Below are positions 39,046 to 52,564 of a DNA stretch of 64,000 nucleotides, one piece after another. The DNA is taken from contig NC_068982.1 in assembly GCF_001194135.2 (NCBI RefSeq), forward strand, positions 67,035,202 to 67,099,201, given 5' to 3'. Under the pieces are notes generated by a model. It had not been told where the DNA came from, ran no database searches, and worked only from the letters and a program-made list of their open reading frames with translations. How positions within the stretch are numbered: the stretch's first letter is position 1; each line of letters starts with the position of its first letter. Source of the DNA: Octopus bimaculoides. Taxonomy: Eukaryota. A program made the position numbers and the translations under genes.

Positions 39046-42000
39046 TATTTCTCATTGTTGTTTTTTTTATATATTTCTTTTAGTAAATATATGAGTATAT
39101 CAGGTTGATTCTGCCCATGAATTATGTTCAGAGTACAGCGTTTTGCCAGGCATGCTATCTATAGAATGTTCAACCATTTAAATGTTAGGTAATAAGGTAG
39201 AAATTTGGTTGATTAAATAAATAACTGCTTTTTGCTGAAGCTGATGAGGGAAAATCTATATATGTATGTTTGTGTGTGTGTGTGTGTGTGTGTGTTTGTG
39301 GCTATATATATGTGAAACTTATGTCTGTATGTGTATGCTTCATATGTTTTCTGACCTCATTAAACAATATTTACAAAACACTATAAATATTAAATGTAAC
39401 CCTAATAACAAGTACTATCAAAGAACCAAATATTCTAAGAACTTGTACTATCTTAGGTAAGTAAAATAAATCCAACAGGACAGTTACAATGAATAGAAAC
39501 ATTAACATGAGAGCAAGAACATATTCAACATAGCTGAAGCACTTACCTTATCAGCAGCCAATCATATATGAATGTGATTTTAACACTTTAAGGTAGGTTC
39601 ACTACTTTCAATAGTATCAAACAGCCTTAGAAAAAATAACTGAATAGTATTTGGGAATATAAAAATAAAATGCTTCTACCTTGACTACAAATCATCTATG
39701 TATAAATGATAAATACAACATATATTGCAAAATGAAACATAAATCATAATTACTGCTAAATTGACTTTTATAATTAGATACGAATAAATAGAATATAAGA
39801 ACATGTTCCAATGAAATTCATAAATCACAAACACTAATATATGTGACAAAAAAGCAAAAACAAAAACAAACTCAACAAATAAATACTTACCAATAAACTT
39901 ATATAAATAATTAAATACTAATTTCTGATGCTGTTAAACAGCTTGCAAAATAGTTTAACACTAGTTAATAAGCAAATTAAAATGCTTGTATCTTGTACAC
40001 AAAACACAAATGTATAAACCTTAAACATGATATATAATATGAAGTGCAGCATAAATATGATTATTAGTAAATCATCTAATATAAATTATATACTAATAAA
40101 TAACCTAAGAAACTTACTGTGACAAACTCATAAATCTTAAGTACTAGCATATAAAATGAAAAACTATAATCTACTAATAATTAATTTTTGATTTAATAAT
40201 GAGTGTATATATGGATGTAAATGTGTATATATGTGTGCTTCTTTGTGTTTGTATGTTACTGCTTAACAACTGATGATGGTGTATTTGTGTTCAAGCAACA
40301 TAATGATTCAGCAAAAAACAAGATTGACATAAATGTCGGACTTAAAAAAGGGGGGAAAAAATGTTCTGGTGGCAATTGATTGATTAGACTTATTAAAATG
40401 ATACCCCAGCATGGCCACAGTTTACTGAGTGAAATAAATAAATGAGTTACATAATATATATGTATATTCACTTGCTGTTTGTATACTTGGGATTACATTT
40501 TTCTATGTATCCTTTTCTAATTGTGACTTGAGGAAAATTTGGTTGCTATATATTGCAGGTCATGCAAGTGTACAGTGGTCATCTTCATTTTCTTGAAGCT
40601 AATTTCAGTGCTGTTGTGTTGTCCCTGATCGGTTATAACTTAAAGCAATTATGTCATTCCAGTCATAACAGTCTCTTTGTATATCAGGAACTATATTGTT
40701 CAAAGTGGCCATTACTTTAGGGAAGATTTATGTCTGTTATTTTCACCAGGTTGAGTAACATTAGAATTGTGTCGCATGCATGTGTCTGTGTTTACCAAAC
40801 CCTAACAGGTCTGGTTTAGTGTGAAAAAGTCAGTTTGCAAAACTACATCAGTTCTATTATCTCTGTAAGTTTATAAATTCAGGCATAGCTGTATGGTTAA
40901 GAAGTTTCCTTCCCAATAATATGGTTTTAGGTTTAGTGACTTTTACTATAGCCCCAGACCAACCAAACCCTTATTAGTGGATTTGGTTGATGGAAACTGT
41001 AGGACCATCATTTACATACATGCCTACCTCCACATACACACACACATACACATTCATGCACACACACATGATTTGAGGGAACATTAGACTAGGTATCTAA
41101 AGGTCTCTAGTTTTGACATGAAGGTTGTACTTTGTTCTTGAAATTGTTACTAATAAAAGTTTCTATTGTTTGGCCCAGGGAGGGGCGTAGAAGGGGATCT
41201 TTTGATCACATATATACATATTAACACATATTTATCATTATAATAAAATTAACATTATCTTAAGTATTTCTCATGTGGATGGTTTTTCTAAATAACATAT
41301 TTTCTGATCAGGTCTGGTTTTCTCTGCCAACAAGTCTACAGTTTTGTACATTTACTTAGTGATTCTCTCAACTCTATTTTGGCAACCATGTTAAAATCTG
41401 TGCTTCACTGATGATGGCATGATAAGACCAAAACACACCTCTCTCTCTCACTGACAGAATTAAAATAATTCCCTGCATTAAATTTCTTTACACCAACTTA
41501 ATTAAGGATTTTAATTTATCATGTTGAGATTCAATTGATAATTCCATAAAGAGTTTAACCCTAATTTGTATGCAATTGTATAGATATTTCCTTTATCTTT
41601 ATTTGTTTTATATTTTTTTTTACCTTTTTTGTTGAAATCTTTTTTTTCATTGTTATTAATACTTATTGATAGTATTTACTTAGAATGTAGGTTACTATTT
41701 AATACCACATTCTTGAAAGCTTACAGGCTTGTGTATCTCTTATTTGTAATATATTGAGTTACTATCTATCTCTAGACCTTGAATTATCAAGATATCTATA
41801 CAATGATACAATGTTAATGCTGCTATTTTATGGCAAGCAGGTCTCCTTATCTGTGTTTATATCAGAGATTTTGTTATGTCTCCATGTTTCTTAGTGATAT
41901 GTATTGTATCACCGAATGATGATATTCAACAGACTTATTCTCTGATCTCTGAATCCTCAAATCACATGCTGACCTTTTTGTATGAATAATCACTTCCCAT

Positions 42001-42648
42001 ATGCATTCATATCTCTTCAAAATAAATAAAACATTGATCCTACAAAAGAATGTCAGAATTGATTTTTTTTTCCCTAGTCTCCTTACTTATATTTCTCTCA
42101 GTGAAAGATGGTCAGCATGGTACTTTGAAGATTTAAAAAAATAAGATGGGTGAGAGTGGGTTGATAAATCGGATTTTTATTTTTATTTATTGAACACAAG
42201 GAAAATGTCTGTATTAGTTCTGTTGTTGTGTAAACTACAAGCATAACTGTACATGGCTAAGAAGTTTGCTTCACAAATGTGATCGTGTGTTCAATCTCAT
42301 CATGAGTATCTTGGTCAATCAAGTGTATTCTACAATAGCATTTGGTTGACCAATGTCTTCTAAGTGGAATTTAGTAGACAAACTGTGTGTGTTTGTGTGT
42401 GTGTGTGTGTGTGTGTTATTATCTCCTTGTCTTGTGTTATTGTCTCCTTGTCTTGCCATCATATTGTAGATGCGATATCACTGTCAAGTGGTGGTTGTCA
42501 TTCCCAGTCTCCCATGAAATATTGCCACCATCAGAAACAGGTGAGGGTTGGTAGCAGGGAGGGCTTCCAGCTATAGAAAAAGTTGCCTCAATCAATTCTG
42601 TCCAACCCATGCAAGCATTGAAAAGTTGGCATTAAAATGATGATAATT

Positions 42649-42707
<59 letters not shown>

Positions 42708-44072
42708 NNNNNNNNNNTGTGTGTGTGTGTGTGTGTGTGTGTAGTTGGAATTTACAAAAAACAAAAGACAAAGACAGGTGTGTAAACAACAAATAGGTGT
42801 ATTGGGCTGGTTCTGCAGTGAAAAGTTTGCTTCTCAACCACATGGGTCTGGATTCAGTCCCATTGCATGGTAGCTTCTGCAAGTGCCTTCCACTCATGAT
42901 GATCGAAACCTTTTGTGTGGATTTGATAGAACACACACAGGGAGTATAGTAATTAGGTCAAGAGGTCTACTCTTTCAGATATTAGCCCACAGATTAGGTT
43001 TATTGAGATTTGTGTGTGTGAGAGAGAGAGAGTATGTATGTGAATGATTGAATTTTTGATGACTGTATGAGTGAAGAGTATTAAAACAAAATGGGATGGT
43101 ATACTGACCAACGACAGGTAGTAAGCTACGGAATTATTAGATTCTCTCAATTTCCTGTAATTCAGACCTCCTCATGATCCCAACAGACAAAATGGAAAAG
43201 GTGTTGCCTCAGAGGATGGTGAGGGAAATGCACTGTAACAGCCACTCTGACTCATGGAGCTCGTACTTGTAGATAGCCATCTCCATCCTGATAGTAGTAA
43301 GCAGGGATATTGTTCAGGGGCCAAGAACACTAGAGGTTTTCAATGTCACAGGCTCAACCATAAACCTGTCTGAGAGCAACCAATAATTCGACAGTTTGTT
43401 TTTCTCAGCCTGACAAGCAGCGGATCCTAGGGGGTAGCTAAATACGTCAAGTTGCCACTGGAGAAGGTGTCACAGCATATGGCATCCCAGATGAGGAGCC
43501 TACCACTACAAAATGGGAAAATTGTCAAAATGTCAGGCTTTTTACTGTCTGCTTGGTAAGATTTTAAAAGCTGTTTTGGTTATTGTTGTCATTCAGCTAC
43601 AGGCAGATGCTTGTGAACTAGACCTCTTGTGATCAAATGTATTCCATCCGTAATCATCCATCTTTTTCCTATGTGCAGGCAATCCAGGGCCATATCTATG
43701 TTTTTTTTTTTTAACATCATAAATTGTAATCTGAAGGTGATTTAGCTGCTATTTTAGCAGGTTAGATGTTGTTTTTCTGGCTCAAAGTTATTTTAGTGTT
43801 TCATAGATCTGTAACTTTAAGAACTGAAGCATTTCTTTAGTTTTATATCTTTAGAATTTACACCAATTTACTACTATGTGGTTGTTAATATGTTAGAAAT
43901 AGCTGCCAGACCTTTTTAAAGTCATATCTCACTGTCTTAGTAAAAAAGGAAGGACATATTGGATAATATAGTTCTTTAGTATGACTGAAAATGAAACAAG
44001 ACAACTATGGCTTGAATATCATTGATTATTGGTTTGCACCATTTGTGATGATTTGAGGGCTAAACATTATTT

Positions 44073-44270
44073 TAACCCTTTTTTACATCAATCCATCTGA
44101 GACTACTCCTGGATCTATATTATACAAAGTTTCTGTTTTAAAGTGATCTGCATTAAGAAACCTTCCATCAAAATTTCATGTCAGTTTATGTTCTAAACAC
44201 CAGCTCAATGATGACTAAATTATTTTACTAAATTCTTCATTATTTTAAAAGCATTATTGAAATACCAAGA
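44073..44270 (+). mobile_element. TTAACCC-ended MITE fragment (piggyBac-like termini)
   Basis: Begins TTAACCCTTTT; only one end is recognisable. Confidence 0.45.
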
Positions 44271-44334
44271 CTTCTGGCAATTTGCTGTGCTTGATAAGAC
44301 ACATCAAGCTAAGTGAAATTATGGTTGTGGTCAG

Positions 44335-44575
44335 TACTGGTGACACGTAAAAGGCACTTGTGCCAGTGACACATAAAAGGCACTCATGCTGGTGCCATGT
44401 AAAAAGCATCCTGTACACTCCGTAAAGTGGTTGGTGTTAGGAAGGGCATCTGGCTGTAGAAACCAAGCCAAAACAAACAACTGGAGCCTGGTGCATATCT
44501 GGCTTACAAGCCCCAGTCAAACCGCCTAACCGATGCAAGCATGGAAAATAGACATCAAATTAAATTATGATGATG
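44335..44575 (+). mobile_element. family B SINE
   Basis: GGTGACACGTAAAAGGCAC...GTGGTTGGTGTTAGGAAGGGCATC...GCATGGAAAATAGACATC...(ATG)n. Confidence 0.85.
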
Positions 44576-45925
44576 ATGAAAGGTAGTATATTTCAACAGA
44601 AATATAGGGTAAGTATAGCATCCAGCCTGTCTCTAGCCACCACTTTTTTTTGCCCCCAAATCTATCTTCAGTACCTCTCTCCTACAACTTTGTGTCCTTG
44701 CGTCAATGTGAGAAATCACCATGGCATTTTGGGTAAGTGTCTTCTACTATAGCCCTAGGCTAACCAAAGCCTTATAGGTGGATTTGATAGGTAGAAACTG
44801 AAAGAAGCCTGTTGTGTGTGTATGTATGTGTCTGTCTGTCTGTCTGTCTCTCTCTTTCTTTCTCTTTGACTTGATATTGTATGATAGTTGTAAATGAGTG
44901 TCACCATCATACATGCTGTGTCATTCGTTTCCAATCTTCCATGAAAACATGGCTGCTGATAGGGAAGTATTATGTTGACTGGGAACAGTTGAGAGTTGTA
45001 GGTGACAAGAAGGGGGTTTCAACTTTAGAAAAATTTCATTTGACCCATATAAGCATGGAAAAGTGGATATTAAAACAATGATGATGATGATGACGGCAAT
45101 GACGACGATATCTTTTCCCCACAGTGTGTGATTGAATCTATGTTAGGAATCAATATGTAATATCATGGTGTAGAGTTTTAATTGCATATGGTTGTCAGTC
45201 CTCCTAATTATGATAAAATAAGTATTAGTAATTTACTAATGTTGACTTAATTGACTAATTGCCTCTCCTCTAAGAACTGCCTGCTGTTCTAAATAAGAAG
45301 AGATCAATTAGTATCAATCTATAAGGTGATTGACTTTTTGTTAAATAACTCTGGTCAGAGCTCTGACATAAAGATAAACAAATGTTTAGTATTATTATTG
45401 TTACTGTTTGGTCCCAGGTCAACCCAAAGGCATTCCAGCCATGATCTACCCATCAGATATTTTTTCTTATATCAGGTACCGTACTGACTTATGTATCCTT
45501 GTGTATTTTGAGACAGTAGTGTGTAATTTGAGGCAGATTTGGTTGGTATTTCTAGCAAGTTGAGCAACTGCACATAAGCTCCCTTGGTTTATGCTCTATA
45601 ATAACCCTAAGATAGAATATTCTGGATATTCAAATACATAATATCCAGCAGATAATTAACATCATCATTGTTTTAACATCCACTTTTCTATGATTGTATG
45701 GGTTAAATGAGATATGTCAAGGCAGATTTTGTGTGACCAGATGCCTTTCTTGTCACCAACCCTTATGCATTCCAAGTAAGATAAATATTTTCTCATAGCC
45801 AGATATGTTTTTCATGGAAGACTGATAATGAACAAAACCACTTGTAAGATAGTGACACTTAGTTACAACACTCGCACAATGTCAAGTCAAAGAGACACAA
45901 ACACATACTCTCACTCTCTCTCTTG

Positions 45926-45959
<34 letters not shown>

Positions 45960-46496
45960 ATCTCTCATATATACCCATTCATGGTGAAATAAACATCAGA
46001 GATGCTTTGCTCCATGCAAAAACTACGCAAAAATTTTGCAAGCTCTTCTAAATCCATTGCAATGTTGGAGACCCTTCCCTGTCATCAGCAAGTATCTCAG
46101 GGTTACCAGTGGTTCACCCCTTAGTCTATATGAACAGTTTTTTTCAGTTTCCATATACCAAATCCACTCACAAGGCTTTGTTTATCCTGGGATAATAGTA
46201 GAAAATACTTGCCATGCAGTGGGAGCTTGAAACCACATGGTTGGGAAATGAACTTATTAACCATGTCTTCACTTTTAACCCTTTGACATTTAATCCAATC
46301 ATATCTGGCCAAAATATTCTACTGGTTTTCTGTTCAAGCTAGTCAGATCTGGTCTCTTACACCGACCTTACAATATCATTCTAAAAATTAACTGTTACCT
46401 CATCAAAATCTCGAAGTTATAAAATAATGCATGATTGATACAAAAGAATGTGAATAAATAGGCATTATCTCTGACAAAATAATGTTAAATATACTG

Positions 46497-46781
46497 ATGC
46501 AAGCATGGCTGTCGGTAAGAAGTTTGTTTCCCAACTATATTGTCCTGGGTTCAGTCCCATTGCATGGCACCTTGGTCAAGTGTCCTCTACTATAGCCTCT
46601 GGCGGACCAAAGCCTTATGAGTGTACTTGGTAGACAGAAACTGAAAGAAGCCTGTCTTTGGAGCCTGGTGCAGCATCCTGGCTTGCCAGTTCTCAGTCAA
46701 ACTGTCCAACCCATGGCAGCAAGGAAAGCAGACGTTAAATGAGGATAATAATGATGATGATGATGATGATGATGATGATAG

Positions 46782-46812
<31 letters not shown>

Positions 46813-47040
46813 GATGTGTGTGTCTTTGTGTCTGTATGTATGTTCCCCAACACTGCTTAACAACCAGTGTTGGTGTGTTTACATCCTTGTAACTTAGCAG
46901 TTTGGCAAAACAGAATGAGAGAATAAGTACCAGGTTTAAAAAAGTAAGTACTACAGTTGATTTGTTCAACTAAAATTTTTTAAGGTGGTGTCCCAGCATG
47001 GCTGCAGTCTAATAACTGAAACAAGTAAAAGATATAAGAT
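46497..47040 (+). mobile_element. SINE family A with a family B 3' segment nested at about 46657-46780
   Basis: A head to GAAAGAAGCC, then GGAGCCTGGTGCAGC...GCAGACGTTAAATGAG(GAT)n, then the A 3' half. Confidence 0.8.
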
Positions 47041-47066
47041 AAACATGAAACATATTGGTTGTGAGT

Positions 47067-47246
47067 TCAACCCTTTAACATTCACATTGTTTTAGATTAA
47101 GCATGTGTTATCTTGTAGCTTTGCAATTTCAATGATGTAACTGTTTATTTCTAGAATGACATTGCAAGGTAGATGTAAGGGACTGGAGCTGGCCACACAG
47201 AACATGAAACAGGTAGATATGTGTGGTTTAAGTGCTAAAAGGTTAA
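47067..47246. mobile_element. short MITE with (T/C)TAA-flanked inverted ends (piggyBac-like)
   Basis: TCAA-CCCTTTAACATT ... AGTGCTAAAAGG-TTAA; a related left end occurs at 46275. Confidence 0.6.
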
Positions 47247-48270
47247 GGTGATGGTCTACTGAATACTGCAAAGGCTTCATGCTTCTCACTCTAAACTCAG
47301 TAAAAGTCAGAATAGTTTCAATTAATTTTACAATTTATATTCACTTCTCATTAATCCTATTGCTATTTCTCACCATGTAATGCCAGCATGTTCTAATAGG
47401 AAGGCTGCTTCTGCTATGTAGCTACTCCCCTTTGGAGATTCACTGGACCAGAACAAGTGTTCTATTTGATTTCAGCCTACTGAATAGAAAACAAAATTAA
47501 TGTGGAGCTGATGTAAAGAGATGTATTCATTTATCCATAGTGTTGAATGTTGGAATTTACTAATCCATCAAACCCATGCTAACTGGGGTGTAAAATTGAT
47601 GTGAAAAAGAAAAGGAAAGAAGTCATTTTGATTATGCTAATTACATGAGTTTTTATGTAGACATAAAGATCATTTTGATACCTTCATATGATGCATCTTT
47701 ACCACAGAATTTACTCTATTAAATAAATGGAAAGCATCTCCTAATATGAATGGAAACCATCAATATGAATGGAAACCATCAGTTCATAAAAAGAAATACT
47801 GCTAAAAAGTAGCTGCCACACCACCACCAGTGCTATCTTCCACAAAAATAAAAGAGAGAAAGGAAAAAAGAAATAAAAATGCTACAAGCTTTATAAGATC
47901 ATTAATGACTATATATGTGTGTGTATGCTTGTATGTTGCAGATGCATACCACTATGTGTATGCATTTTATCACATGTATGTGCATACCTGTGGTGACAAA
48001 AGGACTTTGTCAATTGTAGCTTATGGATTGATAGAATGAATTAATCAAACAATCTATTAGTTAATTGGTTATCTTGCTACATAGCCATGATGTGCTTTTT
48101 GGGTTTAGTTCCACTATGCAGAATCTTGGACAAGTGTCTTCTACTATGGCCATGGGTCAATCAATATCTCGGGAGTGAATTTGGTAGACAGAAACTGTGT
48201 GGAAGCTCATCATATATATATCTATATTTATATCTATCTTTCTCTCTCTCTCTCTGTGTATGTATGTATG

Positions 48271-48312
<42 letters not shown>

Positions 48313-48318
<6 letters not shown>

Positions 48319-49163
48319 GCAGTGAATAAACTGTCTAAATTACATGAACGAAAATAACACTGACATCTCATTTTAAGATATATTTACCAAAATTACATAA
48401 AAATATCCTGAAATAAAGAGTAAATTTATTCTATAAAATCACCATTGGTTTCAGCCACAGCCTCCAGACAACTTTGGAATCTCCTGCAGCTCTTCTGGAT
48501 GGTCTCCTTGTTCAAGTTGGTGAATGCTGCCATAATCCTTGCCTTCAGTTCATCTCTGGTTACAAGGAGTTTTGTTGGTCTCTCAGTCAACTGCACCCCA
48601 CACATAATAACTAAGGGGGTTGCAGTCTGGGGAGTTAGGTGGCCAGGTGTTAGGGGTGATGTGGTAGCAGAAATTGTTTGACAGCCATGACTGGGTTCTT
48701 CTGCTTGTATGGCATAGTGCAGAGTCCTGTTGCCAGACATGGGGTCTTCCAGCAGCCACCCTCTTGACCCAGGGCAGCACTATCTCCTCGAGGCACTTGA
48801 TGTAGGCCATGTGAGAAGATGAATGGAGGCAAAACATCGCCATCACTAATGTTCACTCCAAACACCATTATGTTGACTGGAGGTTTGATTTTTATCACTC
48901 TTGGTACACGTCCTCAGATTGCACTATCCTAAAATTGACACCCAAACACTCTGAAATGTTTGTATTGGAGCTTCTGTCGTGAATGCCAAGCAGTACATCA
49001 TGTCATTTCCAAATTTCTGGCAGAGTAAATTGCGTCATATTTTTCTCACAGATGGTGCTCAACTGTCCCTCCTACACTGTATAGTCAACAAAATCAAAAA
49101 CAAATAATGCGCATGTGTGAAATTAAAAATATAAAATAGCAACAATTTACCCATTGCACCCTG
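48313..49163 (-). mobile_element. DD37D (maT-like) Tc1/mariner element, internally deleted, both termini present
   Basis: WQQD-x37-(S)YYVWGAV with WPPNSPDCNPL; C-terminal FQSCLEAVAETNGDFIE; imperfect TIRs CAGGGTGCAATGGGTAAATTGT and CAGTTTGCAGTGAATAAACTGT. Confidence 0.9.
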
Positions 49164-49171
49164 TATATGTC

Positions 49172-49410
49172 ATCATCATCATCATCATCGTTTAACGTCC
49201 GCCTTCCATGCTAGCATGGGTTGGACGATTTGACTGAGGACTGGTGAAACCGGATGGCAACACCAGGCTCCAATCTAATTTGGCAGAGTTTCTACAGCTG
49301 GATGCCGTTCCTAACGCCAACCACTCAGAGAGTGTAGTGGGTGCTTTTACGTGTCACCCGCACGAAAACGGCCACGCTCGAAATGGTGTCTTTTATGTGC
49401 CACCCGCACG
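49172..49410 (-). mobile_element. family B SINE, young copy
   Basis: Near-identical reverse complement of 20170-20370 with CpGs retained. Confidence 0.9.
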
Positions 49411-49744
49411 GACTATATGTGTGTGTGTATGTCATTGTGTCTGTGTTTGTCCCAACCACACTGCTTGACAACCTGTGTTGGTTTTTTTATGTCCCTGTAA
49501 CTTACTAGTTTGGCAAAGTGACTAATAGAATAAGTACCATACTAAAAAAGAAAAATAAGTACTGGAGTTGATTTGTTTGACCAAAAACCCTTTAAAGTGG
49601 GACCCCAGTATGGCCACAGCCCAGTGATTGAAACAAGTGACAAGTGAAATAGAACTAGTGTGTATGTTCATTGGCATAATGACCCTCTCAAGATGCAATA
49701 TGTTTCAACAGACAAATTTACATCAAGAATTTTGGAAATCAAAT

Positions 49745-50125
49745 ATCATCATCATCATCATCATTTAATGTCCACTTTCCATGCTGGCATGGATTAGATG
49801 GTTGGATTGGAACTGGTAAGCCATTCTGATGTGGCATGGTTTCTCTGGCTGGACGCCCTTCCTAATGCCAACTACTCCAAAAGTGTAATGGGTTCTATTA
49901 CATGCCACCAGCACAGGTGCCATTTACGTGACACCAGTAACAGTCACAACTACAATTTCGTGGGTGCCATCTACACGAAATCGGCAGGGTGCCATTTACA
50001 TGACACCAGCAATGGCTACAACTACGACTACTATTTCATTTGGTTTGACAAGTCTTCTCAGCACAACACTGTCAAAGGTCTCGGTCACTTGTCATCACTT
50101 CTCTGAGGCCCAACATTCGAAAGAT
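49745..50125 (-). mobile_element. family B SINE, longer variant
   Basis: (CAT)n TTTAATGTCCACTTTCCATGCTGGCATG...GCCCTTCCTAATGCCAAC, with TGCCATTTAC(G/A)TGACACCAG repeated internally. Confidence 0.75.
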
Positions 50126-50332
50126 CATGCTACTGGCAACAGCCACAAAAATGAAAATTTTTTATTGAATCACAGTTTAAAAAATAACTGCAATAATATC
50201 CAGGTTTCTTTCTTCTTTACTCATGGATCTTTTGGAAATTACAATACATTTAATTGCAGCATGGAAGGTGTTTATAAGCCATTTAAAATAACACACAAAA
50301 TCCGTTAGATTCACTTCAACATTTAAATTTAA

Positions 50333-50383
50333 TTTGTCAAAATATTTTCGTCGCTTTGAGACCGCGACCTGTTCACTGACAAA
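50333..50383 (-). ncRNA. minimal type I hammerhead ribozyme motif with G3-C8 core variant, in a Penelope-like repeat (about 50250-50395)
   Basis: Minus strand TTTGTCA-GTGAACA-G-GTCGC-GGTCTCAAA-GCGAC-GAAA-ATAT-T-T-TGACAAA: 7-bp stem I, 5-bp stem II, palindromic stem III. Activity untested. Confidence 0.65.
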
Positions 50384-50710
50384 ATTCTGTGCTTATTAAT
50401 GTTTTTCCAATTGGTTGTGCTGAAACCCCTCTGTGTTCACACTTCCACGTGGTTGTTTTTTTTTTTTTTTCATCTCTAAGCCATTAAGTTCAAGTAATTA
50501 AAAAAATTCTGTTCCATTGTTGAATTTAGGTAAGAATTTAACCTAGAATTCTTCAGTAGCAACTTTAATCTTCACACAACAAACTAGTGCGTTTATTTTA
50601 AGGCACATGCAAGGGCACATTAACACACACACACACATCTGAGTATCTCCCTGTATGTATTTGTGTGTGGTGTGTGCGTGTATGTGTATGTGCGCATGTG
50701 CGTGTGTGTA

Positions 50711-51154
50711 TAGACCCAGATTTGGCTGTGTGGTAAGAAGCTTGCTTCCCAATCCATGGTTCCGGGTTCAGTCCCATTGTGTGACACCTTGGGCAAGTGT
50801 CTTCTACTATAGCCTTGGGCCGACCAAAGCCTTGTTAGTGGATTTAGTAGGTGGAAACTTAAAGAAGCTCTTTGTATATATATGTGTGTGCGTGTGTATA
50901 TATATGTATATATGCATGTATATATTTATGTGTGTCTTTGTGTCTGTGTTTGTCTTCCATGCCATCACTTGACATCTATTGTTGGTGTGTTTACGTCTCT
51001 GAAACCTAGTGGCAAAAGAGACCAATAGAATAAGTACAAGACTTACAAAGAATAAGTCCTGGGGTCAATTTCTTTGAATTAAAATCCCTATTAGGGTGGT
51101 ATCCCAGCATGGCTGCAGTCAAATGACTGAAACAAATAAAAGAATAAAAGAATA
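50711..51154 (+). mobile_element. SINE family A, full length
   Basis: GGCTGTGTGGTAAGAAGCTTGCTTCCC...CCGGGTTCAGTCCC...GGGCCGACCAAAGCC...AATAAGTCCTGGGGTC...AAAAGAATAAAAGAATA. Confidence 0.9.
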
Positions 51155-51318
51155 TACACATACACACATACAAATACATATATTATTATCTTGACATCTA
51201 ATATTCCATGCTTGCATGCAGGGCTGTTGCTAAGCCCCTGCAACCCCTGTGGTTGCAGGGGGCCTTTGCAGTTGAGGGGCCCCATGTTAAGATCAAAAGT
51301 ATATAGATGAGTCATCTA

Positions 51319-51359
51319 TAAAAAATATAAAATGGCAACAATTTACCCATTGCACCCTG

Positions 51360-51402
<43 letters not shown>

Positions 51403-51745
51403 TCATCATTGTTTAACGTCTGCCTTCGATGCTAGCATGGGTGGGACTATATATGTGTATGTGTGTGTATGTCTTTGTGTCTGTGTTTGTCCCAACCACA
51501 CTGCTTGACAACCTGCGTTGGTTTTTTTATGTCCCTGTAACTTAGTAGTTTGGCAAAGTGACTAATAGAATAAGTATCATACTAAAAAAGAAAAATAAGT
51601 ACTGGGGTTGATTTGTTTGACCAAAAACCCTTTAAAGTGGGACCCCAGTATGGCCACAGCCTAGTGATTGAAACAAGTGACAGAAGTGAAATAGAACTAG
51701 TGTGTATGTTCATTGGCATAATGATGTGGCATGGTTTCTCTGGCT
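51319..51745 (+). repeat. local duplicate of 49124-49850 lacking two internal segments
   Basis: Same order of mariner TIR, SINE B end and SINE A tail, with near-identical unique junction sequence. Confidence 0.9.
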
Positions 51746-52526
51746 TTGTACCATGAATGTGTACCAGACTTTGTGGATTGTCTATGATATCTATTGCATA
51801 TGAACTTAGCCCTCAGTTTGATTATTCTGAACTGATCTATGATTTCGCAAAGCAAAAATGCACGGTGTTTGTCTTTGAAAATTACCTGGATTATAAAAGT
51901 ACTCCTTTATTCATATCTGGAAGTTTTACTTATTGAAATTTATAATAAACCTAAATAAATTTAGCTTGTTGTACTTTAAAGATGTTCTTTAGTATAACGT
52001 GAAATATTGAACTTCAAATAGAATAAAGTAAAATATAGCTATGAATAAAAGGTGTGCAGATTATGAATTTCGATTGAAGGGATGGGGCCTTGAAACAAAA
52101 AGTTGCAGGTTGCCTCTGAAAGTTATGCAATGGAGCTGCTTGCATGGGTCAGATGGAATTTGTTGCAGCACATTTTCTATGGCCAGATGCCCTTCCTGTT
52201 GCCAACCTTCACCTGTTACCAAGCAAAGTAATTCTTCTCAATGGCCAGACACACTTTCACTGAATATTGGAAATGAAAGACACCACTTGTTATATAGTGG
52301 AACTTATTTACAACTATTGTATGACATCTAAACAAGGAGACTCTTGCACACACACACATACATACACACACATGCACGCATGCGAACATGATATGCTTCT
52401 TTCAGTTTCTGCCTACCAAACTCGCAAGGCTTTGGTCAGCTTGGGGCTATATTAGAAGACACTTGCCTAAGGTGCAGGGTTGGGAATCAAACTTCTAAAT
52501 CACACAACTATGCCCCCCCCCCACAC

Positions 52527-52560
<34 letters not shown>

Positions 52561-52564
<4 letters not shown>

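Noticed and set aside
41915-41975. Box C/D snoRNA (ATGATGA...CTGA)
   Set aside because: No terminal stem, short, and the boxes are common by chance in ATG-rich DNA.
43150-43556. GC-richer segment ending in donor gtaaga
   Set aside because: Stops in all frames after the best acceptor; neither an exon nor a TE family could be supported.
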